Positions 12,871 to 26,699 of a DNA stretch of 64,000 bases are shown here, piece by piece. Numbering within the stretch: the first letter of the stretch is position 1; each line of letters starts with the position of its first letter. This stretch comes from Chrysomallon squamiferum. Taxonomy: Eukaryota > Animalia > Mollusca. The stretch lies in NCBI GenBank assembly GCA_012295275.1, contig CM022677.1, positions 11,036,001 through 11,100,000 of the forward strand, in the 5' to 3' direction. A program made the translations under genes and the position numbers. The notes beneath the pieces were generated by a model. The model ran no database searches. It was given only the letters and a program-made list of their open reading frames with translations, and was not told where the DNA came from.

Positions 12871-13449
12871 AACAAAACAAACATTTGATTTGTCTGTCAG
12901 TCTCCTTTCCTTAAGTTCTTCTACAATAGAAAACAGACTTTACTCTCTGTAACATTACTAAGTGTGCCTGAAATAACATTTTATTTCCTTTCTTAATCTT
13001 TTCTTTTTACCTTGTTTGAATATTTTTTCTTTATTATTATTAATATATGTATTTTTTTTTATCATTTTATGTAGTATTATTGCAATTATTATTGTTTTTA
13101 TCGTTAATGTCGTTTTGTCAGATATTGACCTGTCATTATAAAGAAACAATTATCACCAGATAGTCACACACACACGCACTCACCCCCCCCCCACACACAC
13201 ACACAGAGAAAAGAAAGAGTTTGGTATACCTGTTTGCCTTAGAGAATACGTAGTTAAGATGATATAACTGAGATGGTGTTTACATATGTGGTTAAATAAT
13301 AAGCCGATAGATTTGATAGGCAAATGAACTTGTAAGAAAATGTTAAAACATGCGTTATAATATATTATCACATTAACCTCGCTTTTCACATCTTTTCTTT
13401 TATTGGTCACATTAATTACGCAGTTCAGTTTTGGCTTGTTTAATTCTAT

Positions 13450-13835
13450 TTCTGTCTGTCTGTCTATCTATCGATCGGTCTGTCTCTCTGTATGTCCTCT
13501 ATCCGTCTACCTATCTACCTCTCAGATTGTAGAGATATGCACAGGGGTCGCTGTAATTATAACTTCAGTAATTTTGTTATAAACGCTGTAGAAAACATTG
13601 ATAATAAAGCAGCGATGTTATCGTATGTCACTGAGAGAGGTTCAGTGTATACTCAAAATACTGGAGGATCTTCGATGATAACATTAATATTAATAACTTT
13701 ATTTATTTATTTATTTATTTATTTTGTTAACTAAGTTAATTATTTGTGTTTTATCTCAATAGAATACTGAGCTTGTCCCTGCAAACTACAACTCAAATGT
13801 CTTTTGTTTTGCAGTAACGAAAACAAAGTTTTCTT
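13450..13835. repeat. Right arm of the inverted repeat with 8325-8620
   Basis: See the left arm; tctacctatctacctctc (~13506) pairs with gagaggtagataggtag (8578). Confidence 0.8.
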
Positions 13836-13888
13836 GTTCAAGTAAAGTGTACCTCAGTTTTCACCATTCTTCTCACGTTTTCAATAAC

Positions 13889-13928
<40 letters not shown>

Positions 13929-14669
13929 GAAGAAGAAAACAAAAAACATTAAGCTTATCCAGCAGTGTAGTTTATATTCACTTCAACATCTTCACCTTTT
14001 CCTGTATAGTTTATTTTATTTTTAAAAAAGGATTCAAAATTGTCTCCGCCTTAGAAACTTGTTTTACATAGTTTGTAAAACTAATGACGTAATCGAGACT
14101 CTTGTGACACGTTTACTATTGAATAAAACATGGCAATTTTAAATAAGAACTATTCACCTATTTATATTATACAAAACCAAAGCAGATATCACACGAAGAA
14201 ACCAAGAGTGATCTTGACTGCTCGAGATTTATAGTGTAAATGTTGTATACAAATTCATTGTTTTTACTCAAGAGACAAATCGAAAAAGAAATAAACTAAT
14301 GAATAAATGTTTTAAGCGAAATAGGAATTTTTCAATAATTAATTAAGTAATAATAATAATCAAATAAAGCAACAAATAATGAAAACTGGCTCTTTATCAA
14401 CTTGAATTTAATATTAACTATTAGAATATTTTACTAAAACATTTATAGAATTAGCCAATTTCATCTAAATGTAGTAAACCGAATTTAGCTTGACATTGCA
14501 TTTGCGTTAATGGTCTAAGGGAAATAACTCTGTTTAACGTATTTGTAAATAGACAAAAAACTTAGTTGAGAGAGAGAGAGAGAGAGAGAGATGTACAGAT
14601 GTACAGCATGATCATGCTATTGCTTTTAATGTTTGTTTTCATAAACTCAGACAAGATGTGTATTATGTA

Positions 14670-14718
<49 letters not shown>

Positions 14719-15543
14719 TTATAATGATTATGTCAGATTATCTTCTGCTGGTTGACAGACAACAAAAACAGATTTTGATCAATATATACATAATAAAAAT
14801 AAAAACACAGAAAGACTATTCTCTTTTTTTTTTCTTTGTTTGTTTTAAATTATATGAATTATAACAATTTCAGCATGGTTTTCCATTTATTGTTTTTAGA
14901 TAAGATGCAATGGGTTTGATTTGCAGATGTCAGGATTTAAAACAGTTGAGAAGAAATATTTTAAGAATATGGTTGTAGGAAAGAAAGCAACAGGAAAGAA
15001 AGAAACACTACATTTTTACTAAAATTCCTATTTTAAATAGGTTAAAGGTATTTCAAATAATTTTTTTGGCCAAACAATATTTTTAATGCTTCTTAAATAC
15101 TCATCATAAATATGCAGCTCTTTCATCCATTAATTATCATTCCCCAATTGATAATCCATATGTTTCACCATAAATACTATGTCAATCTATATCTGTACGT
15201 CTCTCTAACATAAGTCAGTTTCCCAATTAAGTTACCCAATTGAGTTTTAATTGTCATTGACCTATCCAATGGGTTCTTAAAATGTCTCAATTATCATTTC
15301 CTTTAAGGAGCCAGTTAAGAAGCCATTCTCAAATTGAACCATTCAAAGGATAATCCCTTCTCTTTAAGTCCTCAGATCTATCCCTTTATCTTATCTTCAG
15401 ATCTATCCCATTATATGGCTTCCCAGATGGCTTCCCACTTAATTACCCATGATATCAATATAAAGATGTGAGGGGGCACCATTCCTGAGACTCATTAGTG
15501 CCATCATTAGAATACATATCACAAACATATCAATAAAATTACT

Positions 15544-16350
15544 ATGGAGTCAGTAAGGTGGATCAAAAATGTGTTATCATGGCCACATCTATACCAAGTT
15601 AGCTACCAGGAAGAACAAGATTTGGTGGAAGTACTCCAAGAAAGTCAGTCTTGGTATGTATAAGGGTCCATATACCGTAGATGATTTTATTTATATTTTA
15701 AATTTCTGAAATGCAATGATGTGTTAATGAATTCGATTTAATTGGATGGGCAGGATAATCTTGTATATTTCTTCAGATCACAGTAAAAAATGATAGGATG
15801 GGTCTAAGGTTAGAATATCAATATTTCCGAATGACTTCATATTCTGGTATTAATTAGTGTTATATTATGTATTTGTAGGTTGTGTGGCTACACTCAGCAC
15901 TACGGTAGATATGACTGAACCCGGTCATTCATGCACCTGATGACGCTGAGATCTCAGACACCAAGTGTTGCAGTTCCATGCGTGACCACGCTGCGAACTC
16001 ACTGGAAAAGTCATCACAGATCTTCACTTAGTTACAGCCGAGCTCGGACAAAGGTGCAGGCCGCTTTATCAATCGAGAACACTAAGCGCAGTTTACGTAA
16101 CTAACACAAGACTCCTCCAGTAGCACAGCACCTCTCTGCGTTCATAGCTAACAGATGAGTGGCAGAAGACCGCTGGCCCTTATCCAGAGCCATTCCTACT
16201 CTACGACACTGGACCAGAGGCTGTTAGCAGGATCATCGCCTTTAGTACAGAACTGGGACACAGGCGCCTGGCCACTGCGACTGCCAGCTTCATGGATGGC
16301 AACTTCTCCATGGCTCCAGCTTAGTTCGCCCAGGTTTATGTGCTTACGGT
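15544..16350 (+). mobile_element. Mutator-like (MULE) DNA transposon, degenerate FLYWCH-MULE transposase with an intron at 15654-15878, truncated at the 3' end
   Basis: GGSKMCYHGHIYTK…IWWKYSKKVSLG|CVATLST…H resembles a FLYWCH finger across a GT-AG intron. DEWQKTAG…EPFLLYDTG…RIIAFSTE…FMDGNFSMAPA*FAQVYVL matches the MULE FLLYD…DGTF…P…QLY motif. It carries stops and frameshifts. Confidence 0.8.
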
Positions 16351-17854
16351 CGTGGTGTAATCCTAACTCTAATCCTAACTCTAACTCTAGCTCAACTTCT
16401 AAATATAATCCTACCCAAGGCCACAACTTTGATTCTTACGTTAACGCTGCTGTTAATGACCGTAAAATTATTTTGCACATTATCGTAACATTGATAATAA
16501 AATTTAAATAGCTCTCATCCTAACCATAACATACCTTAAACGTAACCTTAACGACGGGACTGAACTTAATTCTGATGCTAACACCATTTCTAACTGTGCT
16601 CTCAGCTTGAACATACAGTGGCCTTCAAATGTATGGCCACGACGTCTAAATATCTCATCTTATTTTCCAAGCGTTCGATTATATGATTTTTTATTTTATT
16701 TTATTATCATTTTGTATTCTGTCTCCCGTTCTTTTATTGTTTCGTTCTTTTCATTCAAATTATGTTTGTTTTGTTTTAATTCTATCATAGTTTATAATTT
16801 CTATAATAGTTGTAGCTTTCTTTTACATTTTCTTTTGCATGTTTATTTATTTATTCCTTTCATTCTCTCATCCGTGTTCCACATCCCGCATTGTAATATT
16901 ACTCTGTAGGGGAAGTGTACGTATATTGATCTTGTAGCAGTTCTCAGCCTCTGATTGTTTGAAAGGTGTTTAGCCACAACTGTGTGATACCTCGGTCGAC
17001 ATCGTGCATGTTGTGATATTAAAGACAGCGGAAATCAGCTGACGCGGAAAAAAAGGAAAAAAAAGGATAAATCTTATTTCAGCCATGTAAATTAAATGTT
17101 TTGCTATTTTTGTATTTGTGTAGTGGTATATAGAGGCATATGTAGGATATTATATATTTCTAGGTTAGGACAAGTCTCTGCATATGGGGATCGAGGAAGT
17201 TCGCCTTCCGAAAAATTAGATGTGTTAAAACAAAATGTTCCTTTCGGTTCTGTTTCTTGGTAATTTGGTTCATAGAAATGGGTCAACCGCCGCTAGGCCT
17301 CAGGCCAGACTAGTCTCGATAAACCACGATGTTTTGAACATACAGATATTCCTATGTATGATACACTTTTTTGTTTTTAATTTGGTAACTTTTTACTGTT
17401 GATTATTCAATTTAATTGAATTTTTGAAATATGTCATGCAAATCCAAATGGATTCGGATGTTTTGTTTTGCGGAATCTTTTTTATTTTTCTTCATCTTCT
17501 TTTTATTATTATTATTACTATTATTACGACTTTAATTATTATTATTATTATTATTTTTAAAATCATTATTACTATTTTTCATTTTCTTCTTCATATCATT
17601 ATTAATATTTATTTATTTTTGATGTTTGCCAGGCCAAATTAAATTCATCGTCGGCATGGATTTTGCAGAAACCATTTGGAGAAAATGCTTTTAAAGAACA
17701 TTTGTATGAAAAATGAGATGTGAGTGAAATATTTCATAAACTTCAAATATTTCAAGATATATATTTTAATTATTAAAGTTATTATGTGTATTGTCATTTT
17801 GTTTGAATTACCTCAAGTTTCAGACTTTATATAAAACTTACAATTATGCATCAA

Positions 17855-18058
17855 TGTGTGTGTGTGTGTGTGTGTGTGAATCACTAGATTGTATACTGAA
17901 AGTTAGAAAATTTCTACAACCCGTGTTGTGTGAAATTTGTGTCCTGTCTGGTAAGCTTGTTATTGTTAGTGATAACACACAGCTAATCTGTTTTGTCAAG
18001 ACTAAAGTTTACTTAGTTGCCTTAAATCTTTACCTAGAGATAATGATTACTGCAAAGT

Positions 18059-18130
<72 letters not shown>

Positions 18131-18176
18131 TATATATATATATATATGTGTGTGTGAGAGAGAGAGAGCGATTTTG

Positions 18177-18222
<46 letters not shown>

Positions 18223-18262
18223 AGAGAGTCAGAGAGAGAGAGATATTGGCTGTATGTGTGTG
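17855..18262. repeat. Compound (TG)/(GA)/(TA) microsatellites
   Basis: Direct reading of the sequence. Confidence 0.9.
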
Positions 18263-18339
18263 TAACTGTGTCTTAGCTAATTTCATTCATAATTAAAAAT
18301 AACTGAAATATCAACAAATGATAATAAGCAGAAAAAATG

Positions 18340-19470
18340 TGTTTGTCTGACAAATGTAGATTGATACAAAAATATCATATTTTTATTAAAATTAATAAAC
18401 TTTATACTTACTACTGGTGTTAAATATTTTCTGTAGGTCACTTCAGTATTATTGAGGTCCTGTCTAGAAAGGTAATTTACATCATGTAGAAGGATGAATC
18501 AGCTGTTACAGAAACCATTCTCATGCATTCTGAGTTGTGAGTTTATTTTATTTTATGTCTTAGAGACAATTCTTAATTAACAATAAAACAGTCTAATAAT
18601 AATCAGTTATTTGCTGTTTTGTTAATTATTATTTTTATTATTATTATTAATATTATCATTATAATGCTTTACTTGGTGACATGGGGATTCCCCTAAGTTG
18701 TAAATGTGTATCTGTCTTGGGCAGGTACAACCCGAGTTGACTTGCTCTAGTGTGGGATCTATGTATGCAGTATATTATAAATACCACAACACTAGAACAG
18801 AACAAACACAAGAACTTTTAAAAACTGTATTCGCACTAACGTTGAACATTCAGTGGTAAAGACTAAGATAGATCAAATAGAAATATTGTAATCTGTCACA
18901 TCAATCACATACGGGTTAATACAGTGAAACCAGCAAATACATAAACAACTAGTTACCAGGTGTGTTTAGGGGACAGCGATGGTTCCACATTTCTCTCCTA
19001 ACAAAAGAATCTCCAGGCTTTTATAAGAAAAAAAGGGACTTGTTTACTTTGGCAACTTTGAACTTTGCCACTAGACGTGTGTCGCCAGATCATTCTGTAA
19101 AACAAGAACCTGTAACACTCAGGCATTTTGTTGATTTGGCTGACAGAATCAATAGTCAGGATACATGACTTTCACAAGTGGAAAATTCTTCCCTCACACT
19201 TGGTAACATTATTTATTAAAGGGACAAGCTAGGCGAAAAACCAAATCCGTTATCTTTTAGGTTAAAGAATTGAAAAATGTGATTATTTTGTGGTAAATTT
19301 CTATATTTTAAAATAAAAGAAGAAGAAGTATCATATTTTATACGTATTTTAAAATGTTTGACTTTCCTGTTACCAGATGGAATGTCAGCCTTCACACAGT
19401 GTCACTGTTCCTGTGATGACAGACACACTAAAATACACTGGAGATGGATGTACTGTAGCTGTTGTCTATA
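18340..19470. repeat. Duplicated exon-like segment; inverted copy at ~43935-45000
   Basis: ttcctgttaccag…gtcagccttcacacagtgtcactgttcctgtgatgacagacacactaaaatacactggagatggatgtactgtagctgttgtct (19363-19467) vs 43935-44040 reverse complement. gaaggatgaatcagctgt (18489) vs ~44845. Confidence 0.85.
18699..19176. mobile_element. Possible solo LTR or other insertion inside the duplicated segment
   Basis: A GC-richer ~480-bp block with TG…CA ends, short imperfect terminal inverted similarity (tgtatc/gataca) and an imperfect TSD (taagt/caagt). No counterpart was seen in the 44-kb copy. Confidence 0.3.
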
Positions 19471-19676
19471 TTTATGTTGACCACAATCTCTCAATTTTCA
19501 TGGTTTGTTTAATATCTTTTTGCACTATTTTTGTAAATAAAATAATATATCAGATGGTAACTTTAAAATTTATGAATGTTAATATCTAGTAAGACAGATG
19601 TGTTGTTGTTGTTTTTAAATTTTATATTTCATAATTGACAAATTCTTATTTTATTATTAGGTCAGGCTTTCTGTTC

Positions 19677-19758
<82 letters not shown>

Positions 19759-19909
19759 AATATGTTATTAAATATGTATTGCCTCATTGTTATTTATTTA
19801 TTTTTCAGAGATATGTTTGAAAGATGGGTTAGGAACAGCTAATTCTTTATGTAATCTACACCTCATCAAAACATTCTGTGAACAGTATCTTACCATCAAC
19901 TTTTTCCAC

Positions 19910-20495
19910 TTGATAAAACTGACATCTTCTGAATGGTCAGGAAACAGAAAGTAAGTTTTGTGAGAAGTTTAAGTTATGGTTCAGAATTTTACTTTAAAAA
20001 AATGTACATTGCAAGCCAAAAATTGTATTATATCTTTTATTATATGAATTTATGAAATTTGTTATTGTACTGGAAAAATTGATATTTGTAATATTAAGTT
20101 TTAGTGTACAGACTGATGAATGCTTCTACCTATGTAAATATATTTGTATTATTTAAAGTGGATGCTTTCAGGTTTTTTGAAGATCCTTATATAATGTCAG
20201 TATTTCAGAAGCTGTCAATAAAGAAAGTTAATTTTAAATGAGTGCTCCTCAGTTAAATCTTATGAAGATTTATTTCATCAGACAGCTTACATTGCAGGGT
20301 TTATTATTATTTGTATTAATGTTAATTCAGGTAATGCAAGTCAAATGTCACGAAACACCAAGTACTCATTAGCTTTCACAAAACTGAGTTGAGATTCAGA
20401 ACTAAACAAGTCAAACTCTACTCTGTAAGTATTCACTTAATCAACTGTGTTAAACTTATTGTGATGGATAGACTGGCTCAGTGGTTAGAGTACAT
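19910..20495. repeat. Dispersed repeat; direct copy at ~61613-62190
   Basis: Shared tgataaaactgaca…tttagtgtacagac…tttcatcagacag…gtaagtattcacttaa…gtgatggatagactggctcagtggttagag. Confidence 0.85.
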
Positions 20496-21840
20496 GATAA
20501 CTTAGAATACTTCATTATTTCCATATTTCCATTAGCATTGTTTTATTCTTGTTTCTGGTGTCCACAATCATTATATATTCTTTATCTTATGATTTTTTTA
20601 ATTCTTCTTATATTTTTATTATTATTTTATTTATTTATTTGTTATTCTTTCATCTCTATATTTATTTTTCCATCATTAACATCATTCCTCCATACAAAAA
20701 CTTTAACAGACTGAGTATGCCAGCATTATACACTAATTTACTCAGTCTGTGAGGTTTTGGTTTACATTTCTGATATTTTTTGATATATAGATAAATTAAA
20801 ATAAAAAATAAAATAAAATATTGGGTAAGTCATCCTTTATATACAAGCCTGTTAAAATATTGTTATTCTTTATTATTAGGAAATGCTGGTACCAGTCAAC
20901 ATGGAATATATAAATTACAGCATCACACATATTCATTAAGTTCAATTTTTATAAGTAAAATTAACTAATTTGATCATCCATTAGTTTAAAACATATTTAT
21001 CATTTCTTCATTTAGTCATCCACACTTGTTTTCGTCATCTGTATTAACTTTACTTTTTTAAATTTAATCAGTTCTTGGAGGTTTTTAAAAAAAATGTGTA
21101 GCATTATTATCTTTATTATTATTATTATCTAAAAACCTTTTTGCTTTTCACTTAATTCTCACTTTGCTTATTTACAGAATTTTCATCACTTATCAAAAAT
21201 AGTGACTGTAGAACTTTCAAAAAACAAAACAAATAATAATAATAAAATAAAAATAAAAATAAAGCTTTTTTGAAATCCATGAATTAAAGTTATTCTTTTA
21301 ATATGTCAGATTAGTAATTTATTGTTTTAAATAATTATAATATAAAATATAATTCTAAAATATTTCAGTTTTTAGGTGTTATAGAAACACATTTAATTTT
21401 TTGACAAAGTGCACACATGAATGTAAGCAGAATTTTCAGAATGTATACCATATTGAAACATGCATCAAAATAATGATATTAATAATGTAGTTAGAAATCA
21501 CCATTTTGTTATATCATAAATTATCTTTTCTGGTAAATTTTATTTTAAATCTTTATTTGCAGGTTAAATTAGCTTGCTACTTGTTTATTAATTTTCTTAT
21601 TTTTAAAGCCCTGCTAATTATTATTATTAATCTAAATTAAGCCATTGCTAAATTTAATGGACCAGAAATACTGAAATCTGTTATTCTCGGATTTATGTGT
21701 TTAAGCTTTATTCACATGTATTATTACATGTACAATCAAAACACTATCTAGAGCATTTAATTAATTTTCATGGAAAATTTGTTACTAAACTTAATAAGTG
21801 GTTAATTGTTACAATAAATTAAAGATGCTATAAAGCATTA

Positions 21841-21927
21841 TTAGGATTAGGGTTAGGATTAGAGTTAGGATTACACCAATACCGTAAGCACATAAACCTG
21901 GGAGAACTAAGCTGGAGCCATGGAGAA
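21841..21927 (-). mobile_element. Short inverted copy of the truncated MULE 3' end plus its telomere-like tract
   Basis: Reverse complement of 16303-16390 (ttctccatggctccagcttagttc…gtgtaatcctaactctaatcctaac). Confidence 0.85.
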
Positions 21928-23824
21928 TAGTAATTTATAATGTAAAATCTGATCAATATCTAATTTGTTTGTACACATGTAATATTCTATTTTGATTTTG
22001 ATTTTCTTTCTTAAATTATTATTATTAGTAGTAGTAGTAGTAGTAGTAATTAAATTTGAAACGTATCAGTTTTCATCTACATATTTTGTTCTCATTGTTC
22101 TATAATTCGTATTTGGATTTTTCTGTTTTCATCTTTTTTTTTAAATTATTTTTTTAATATAAATTTATTTATTTATTTATTATGTCACAAAATAATTTTT
22201 GTAAATCCAAATAATATAATACAATGTTTTTAAATTAATTATTTTGTTTTTGTTTTTCTGTTAGTTTCCTGCATTGTACTTAATTATTTTTTTTTTTTAG
22301 TTGTTTGTCAAATATAATTCATAGGGTGTTATCTATAAGCCAGTAACACTAGGCATCATTTTTTTTCTTTTCATTTTGTAATTTTTGTTTCAGATTTCTT
22401 GTATTTGCTTTTTACACTTGAATATTGGCTGTGATACTGATAGCCTTGTTGCTGTGAACAGGCAGATATTTGTAAACAAAAATATCAAAAGTGTGTTTTG
22501 AATTTGATGTGTTCTTTATTATTGTTTTTGTTCTCTCACTGTTAACATAAACTGTGAAGACTGAAAAAGTTGTTTATTACAAGCTGCAGCCAAAACTCAA
22601 ATAACAGTGAACCAAAACTGAAACGAAAAGCTGAAGCAGACAAACCTCAAGTTGCGTCCCTTTGGCTGACACACCTTGCATGGAACATCAGAAGTCACAG
22701 AGAAGATAAAGCATGCAATGTGACCATATTCCAGTTCACTTATTGCATTAAAACATTGCATCGGCCAGTCACTGTCCATGGTCAAAGGTCAGATGTCCTG
22801 ACAGGTTAAAAACAGCAAAAGTATGTTGATTATACACATAATATAAATATTACTAAAAACCTGTTAACAACAACCCACATGATTCTGTTTTCTTTTCCTG
22901 TAACTTATAGCTGAATTTGAATACAACACAGTATTTAGAAATACCATTTGTTTTCAAAAATAAAACTGGTAAATAAATCAAGAGATGTTTCATTTTATGA
23001 TATTTTTGTTTATTTTCCAGTCTGACTTTAAATCTAGTTCCTAATCAATTACCAGCTACACATCAGCCAAAGAAAAATATTCACATAAAAATAAAACAGT
23101 TTTATATCACATTTGATATTTATATATTATTTACAAAAATATATGTGACCAACTGTTCTTAAACCAATCAAAATGATTTTCTCAGACATATTATCGAATC
23201 AAAAATAGTTTACTATCTGTATTGATCATTCATAACAGATGTATCTATTTTAGCTTTTTTAAACTATTGAATTTGTAATTCACTCTTAAATCTTACTGTA
23301 ATTTTATATTTATACCATCCTGTATAAATATATATATATATATATATTATAATATTTTCATTGAGTTGGTTAATTATACAGTATGAATATTTTTATTAAG
23401 TGTTTAAGAACATTATTTCAGTCATTTCTGTAACAATAATGACAGAAATTAGACTCTTTCAAATTAATGTCTCATATCAAATGGTGAAATATAAAAATTT
23501 TATTTTTATTATTATTATTATTATTGTCATTATTATTATTACTATTACCACTACTATTACTACTGTTATCAAAATTATTATTATTAATATTCACTAGTCT
23601 TCATTTTTTCAGTTTCACTCAACAAAACAAAACCTTTAGTTGGGAAAAAAAAATCTTTTGTTGACCTTAAATATGCAAATATGTAGATTTTGTATTTGTT
23701 TGCCAATATGATAAAAAATTCATAAATAGATTGTCATGCAATAAAAAAAATCATGTATTTCAGCTAAGAATGTTGTTTAGTTTTATTTCCAAATGAAGGA
23801 ACCCAGTGAATAGGCAGAATTATT

Positions 23825-23871
<47 letters not shown>

Positions 23872-24834
23872 AGTAGTAATTATAATAATAATAATAGTAA
23901 TACTATACAACAATAATAATAGTAATTATAATAACAGTAATAGTAATTACAACAGAAAGGGTAATAAAAATAATAATAGTAATTATAATAATAAAAAAAT
24001 CAAATAATTCAAATTAATTCTCTTTATTCAGAAATAACTAATGTGAGTTTGTTATTTTTATTCTCTCTTGATAAAATACTAAGTGAAGTAACAATAATCA
24101 ATATGCTTTTTTACAAAATCTGATGGTAGAGAAAAATAAGTTATATTCATTTTTGCTCATTCTAACAACCATTTGATTAAATAACTAGATGTCAACAGTC
24201 CAAATTTGTCTAACGTTGTGGTGGAATTTAAGACTGTGTTGATTCTGCTGAAAATTTAGTTAACTTGGCTGCACATTGAGTTTGAAATACAGTGATGATG
24301 TCACTTCTAGCTCTGTTTTTCACTTTAATGTTTTACTATATCCAACCAAAAAATAAAAAATAAACAAGTAAAATAAAAAAATTAATAAATAATAATTAAT
24401 AATAATAAATACAACAAATAAATAAAATAATTATGAAAAGAGATAGAAACACGTGAATGAGGCAGATAATTAGACTGAGACAATTTAGAGACAATGAGAC
24501 AGTGACAAAGACCGAGCTAAGTGAATGAAAGAGACGGCTGAATAAGACTGAGACAAGTTAGAGATACAAATGAGACAGAGACAAGTTATAAAGACAGCTA
24601 AGTGAATGAGAGAGACAGCTGAATAAGATATTTTACTTTCATTCAGACACTCAAAGAAAAAACAGATTATATAAACATATATATTTCATTAATGTTTCCT
24701 CATCTATCATAGTAAAAATAAAAAACTTCCTCATACATAAATGAAACAATTCCAGTGAAAGTCTGTCACTGTTGTCATTGTGCATAGTGAAATTTCTACA
24801 TATTTTTAGTACTCCAAAAACATTACGAACAGCC

Positions 24835-25065
24835 CCTTTACGATGGCAACGACGGCGACATTAACAGAGATAATAATCATATATTTTAATACAGGACGGG
24901 CACGGTCAGAAAATACGAATAACAGCGAATGAAAAACGAAAAGGAATAATGAGCAGTACATCGATAACGTTAGAGGCAAGACCGTTACGACGGCAACGAC
25001 GTCGACATCAGTGCAAATTACAATACTATATTTTAATAGGTGATGCGCGCGCTCAGAAAGTATGA
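24835..25065. repeat. Two ~85-bp CpG-rich direct repeats (ttacga(t/c)ggcaacgacg(g/t)cgacat…tatattttaata…g(g/c)tcagaaa)
   Basis: Copies at ~24835 and ~24981. Confidence 0.6.
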
Positions 25066-25296
25066 GGAATAATTAATAAAAAGCGCTGTTTTTAAAACAT
25101 CGTTGTTTTTTATTTATATTTTTATATTTGCACTTTTTGTTCGTGCGGTTGTTTCTCCTATTTTATTTGTATTGGATGTGGTGTGTGTGTGTATGCGCGC
25201 GCGGGTGTTTGTTAGTGAGTGAAAGTGTGTGTGTGTGTGTGTATAAGAGTGATTGAGTGAGAGTGTGTGTGTGTGTGTGTGTGTGTGAGTGAGTGG

Positions 25297-25331
<35 letters not shown>

Positions 25332-26699
25332 AAATCTTTTCTTCTTCAATTCCGTTTCTTTCATGTTTTGATTTTAAAATCTTATGTTAGGCAGAATAAG
25401 AAGAATAAAATGAAGTAGAATAGTTGATGGCGCTTGGTACCCCCACCCCAAAACACAACAATGATCTGTATTAGCTGTTAATAATAAACTTATAACAAGA
25501 GAACAACCTTGTACTTCATGATATTATACACATTAATCATATTTTACACACAGACAGATATATAGATAGGGGAACATTAAGAAACAATGTAAAATAGTTT
25601 TAAAATTTCAATGAAATAATGACAGAATAATTTTATTTTTATCTTATAAATATTTATTTCAGTTTTATTTTAATTACATATATGCAACATACCGCTTCGA
25701 AGTGTCCGTTTTATTAAATGTAACGTGATATTTTACTTTATAATTCTAAATCGTATAATAGAAAGGTGTAATTTTACTGTACGTGGAACTTGAATATTAT
25801 AAACTACAGAAAATATTGATCGCTATATCTATTAGATATTACTGACAGTTATAAATGGTAATTCTACATGGCGTTATGAAAATAAGCGGTTTCATTACCT
25901 GTAAAAAGAAAAAGCTGAGAATTAATTGCTGGTTGAACAATGATATTTACAGTTTGTAGATTAAGTATGTTGAGACAAATTAATATCATATATTTATATC
26001 GGGTTATATTTTAAAATATCAGAGTTAATTCCCTGGAATCACGATAGTGTGTACTGATTAGCTGAGAATAAACGAATTAGTTATTTTATTATGCGAAATT
26101 TAATTTTTTTTCGTTACATTCATTAAAAGGGGTACATCAGCACAAGTTGTATAGGATAATATACTTTACATTTCAGATTACACCTGAAGATATTAATACA
26201 ACCACTCCACCAGTAATAATCTATATAACAGTGAAGCAGACACCATAATTGTCCTGATTTTTTGTCAACAGCAGAACAATAACAACGATAATAATATCTT
26301 TATTTTTTATTTTGTTTTTATTTTTCTGTAAAAACGGAAGCTTCCTATATATGTTTGACGCTATTCTCTAAGTTTCATTAGAACTGTTACTTCGAATTTT
26401 TTTATTAGGCCTTGTAAAGTTAACAGAGAAATCAAATTTATTCTTAGTGTATTGTTTCTGTCGAGATAAAAACTAAATACTTCTTTTTTGAAAAGTATAT
26501 AATAATGATAATAATAATAATAATAAACTGATTTATTTATAATATAAATTACACGAGAAATCGTGAACTTTTATAAAACCACATTTAACTAAAGAATATC
26601 GCTGTTTACACTGATAATGTTACCCATCGATAACAAAATAAGCCGCAAGTTTTATAACGTCTGGATTATTTATATGAGACATTAAAATTGCATTAATTA

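Noticed and set aside
16155-16511. 118-aa and 76-aa ORFs in the ORF track
   Set aside because: They are alternative frames of the MULE transposase remnant plus the hexamer tract.
21841-21872. True telomere or chromosome-fusion site
   Set aside because: Only a few degenerate TTAGGG-like hexamers are present, copied from ~16360-16390.
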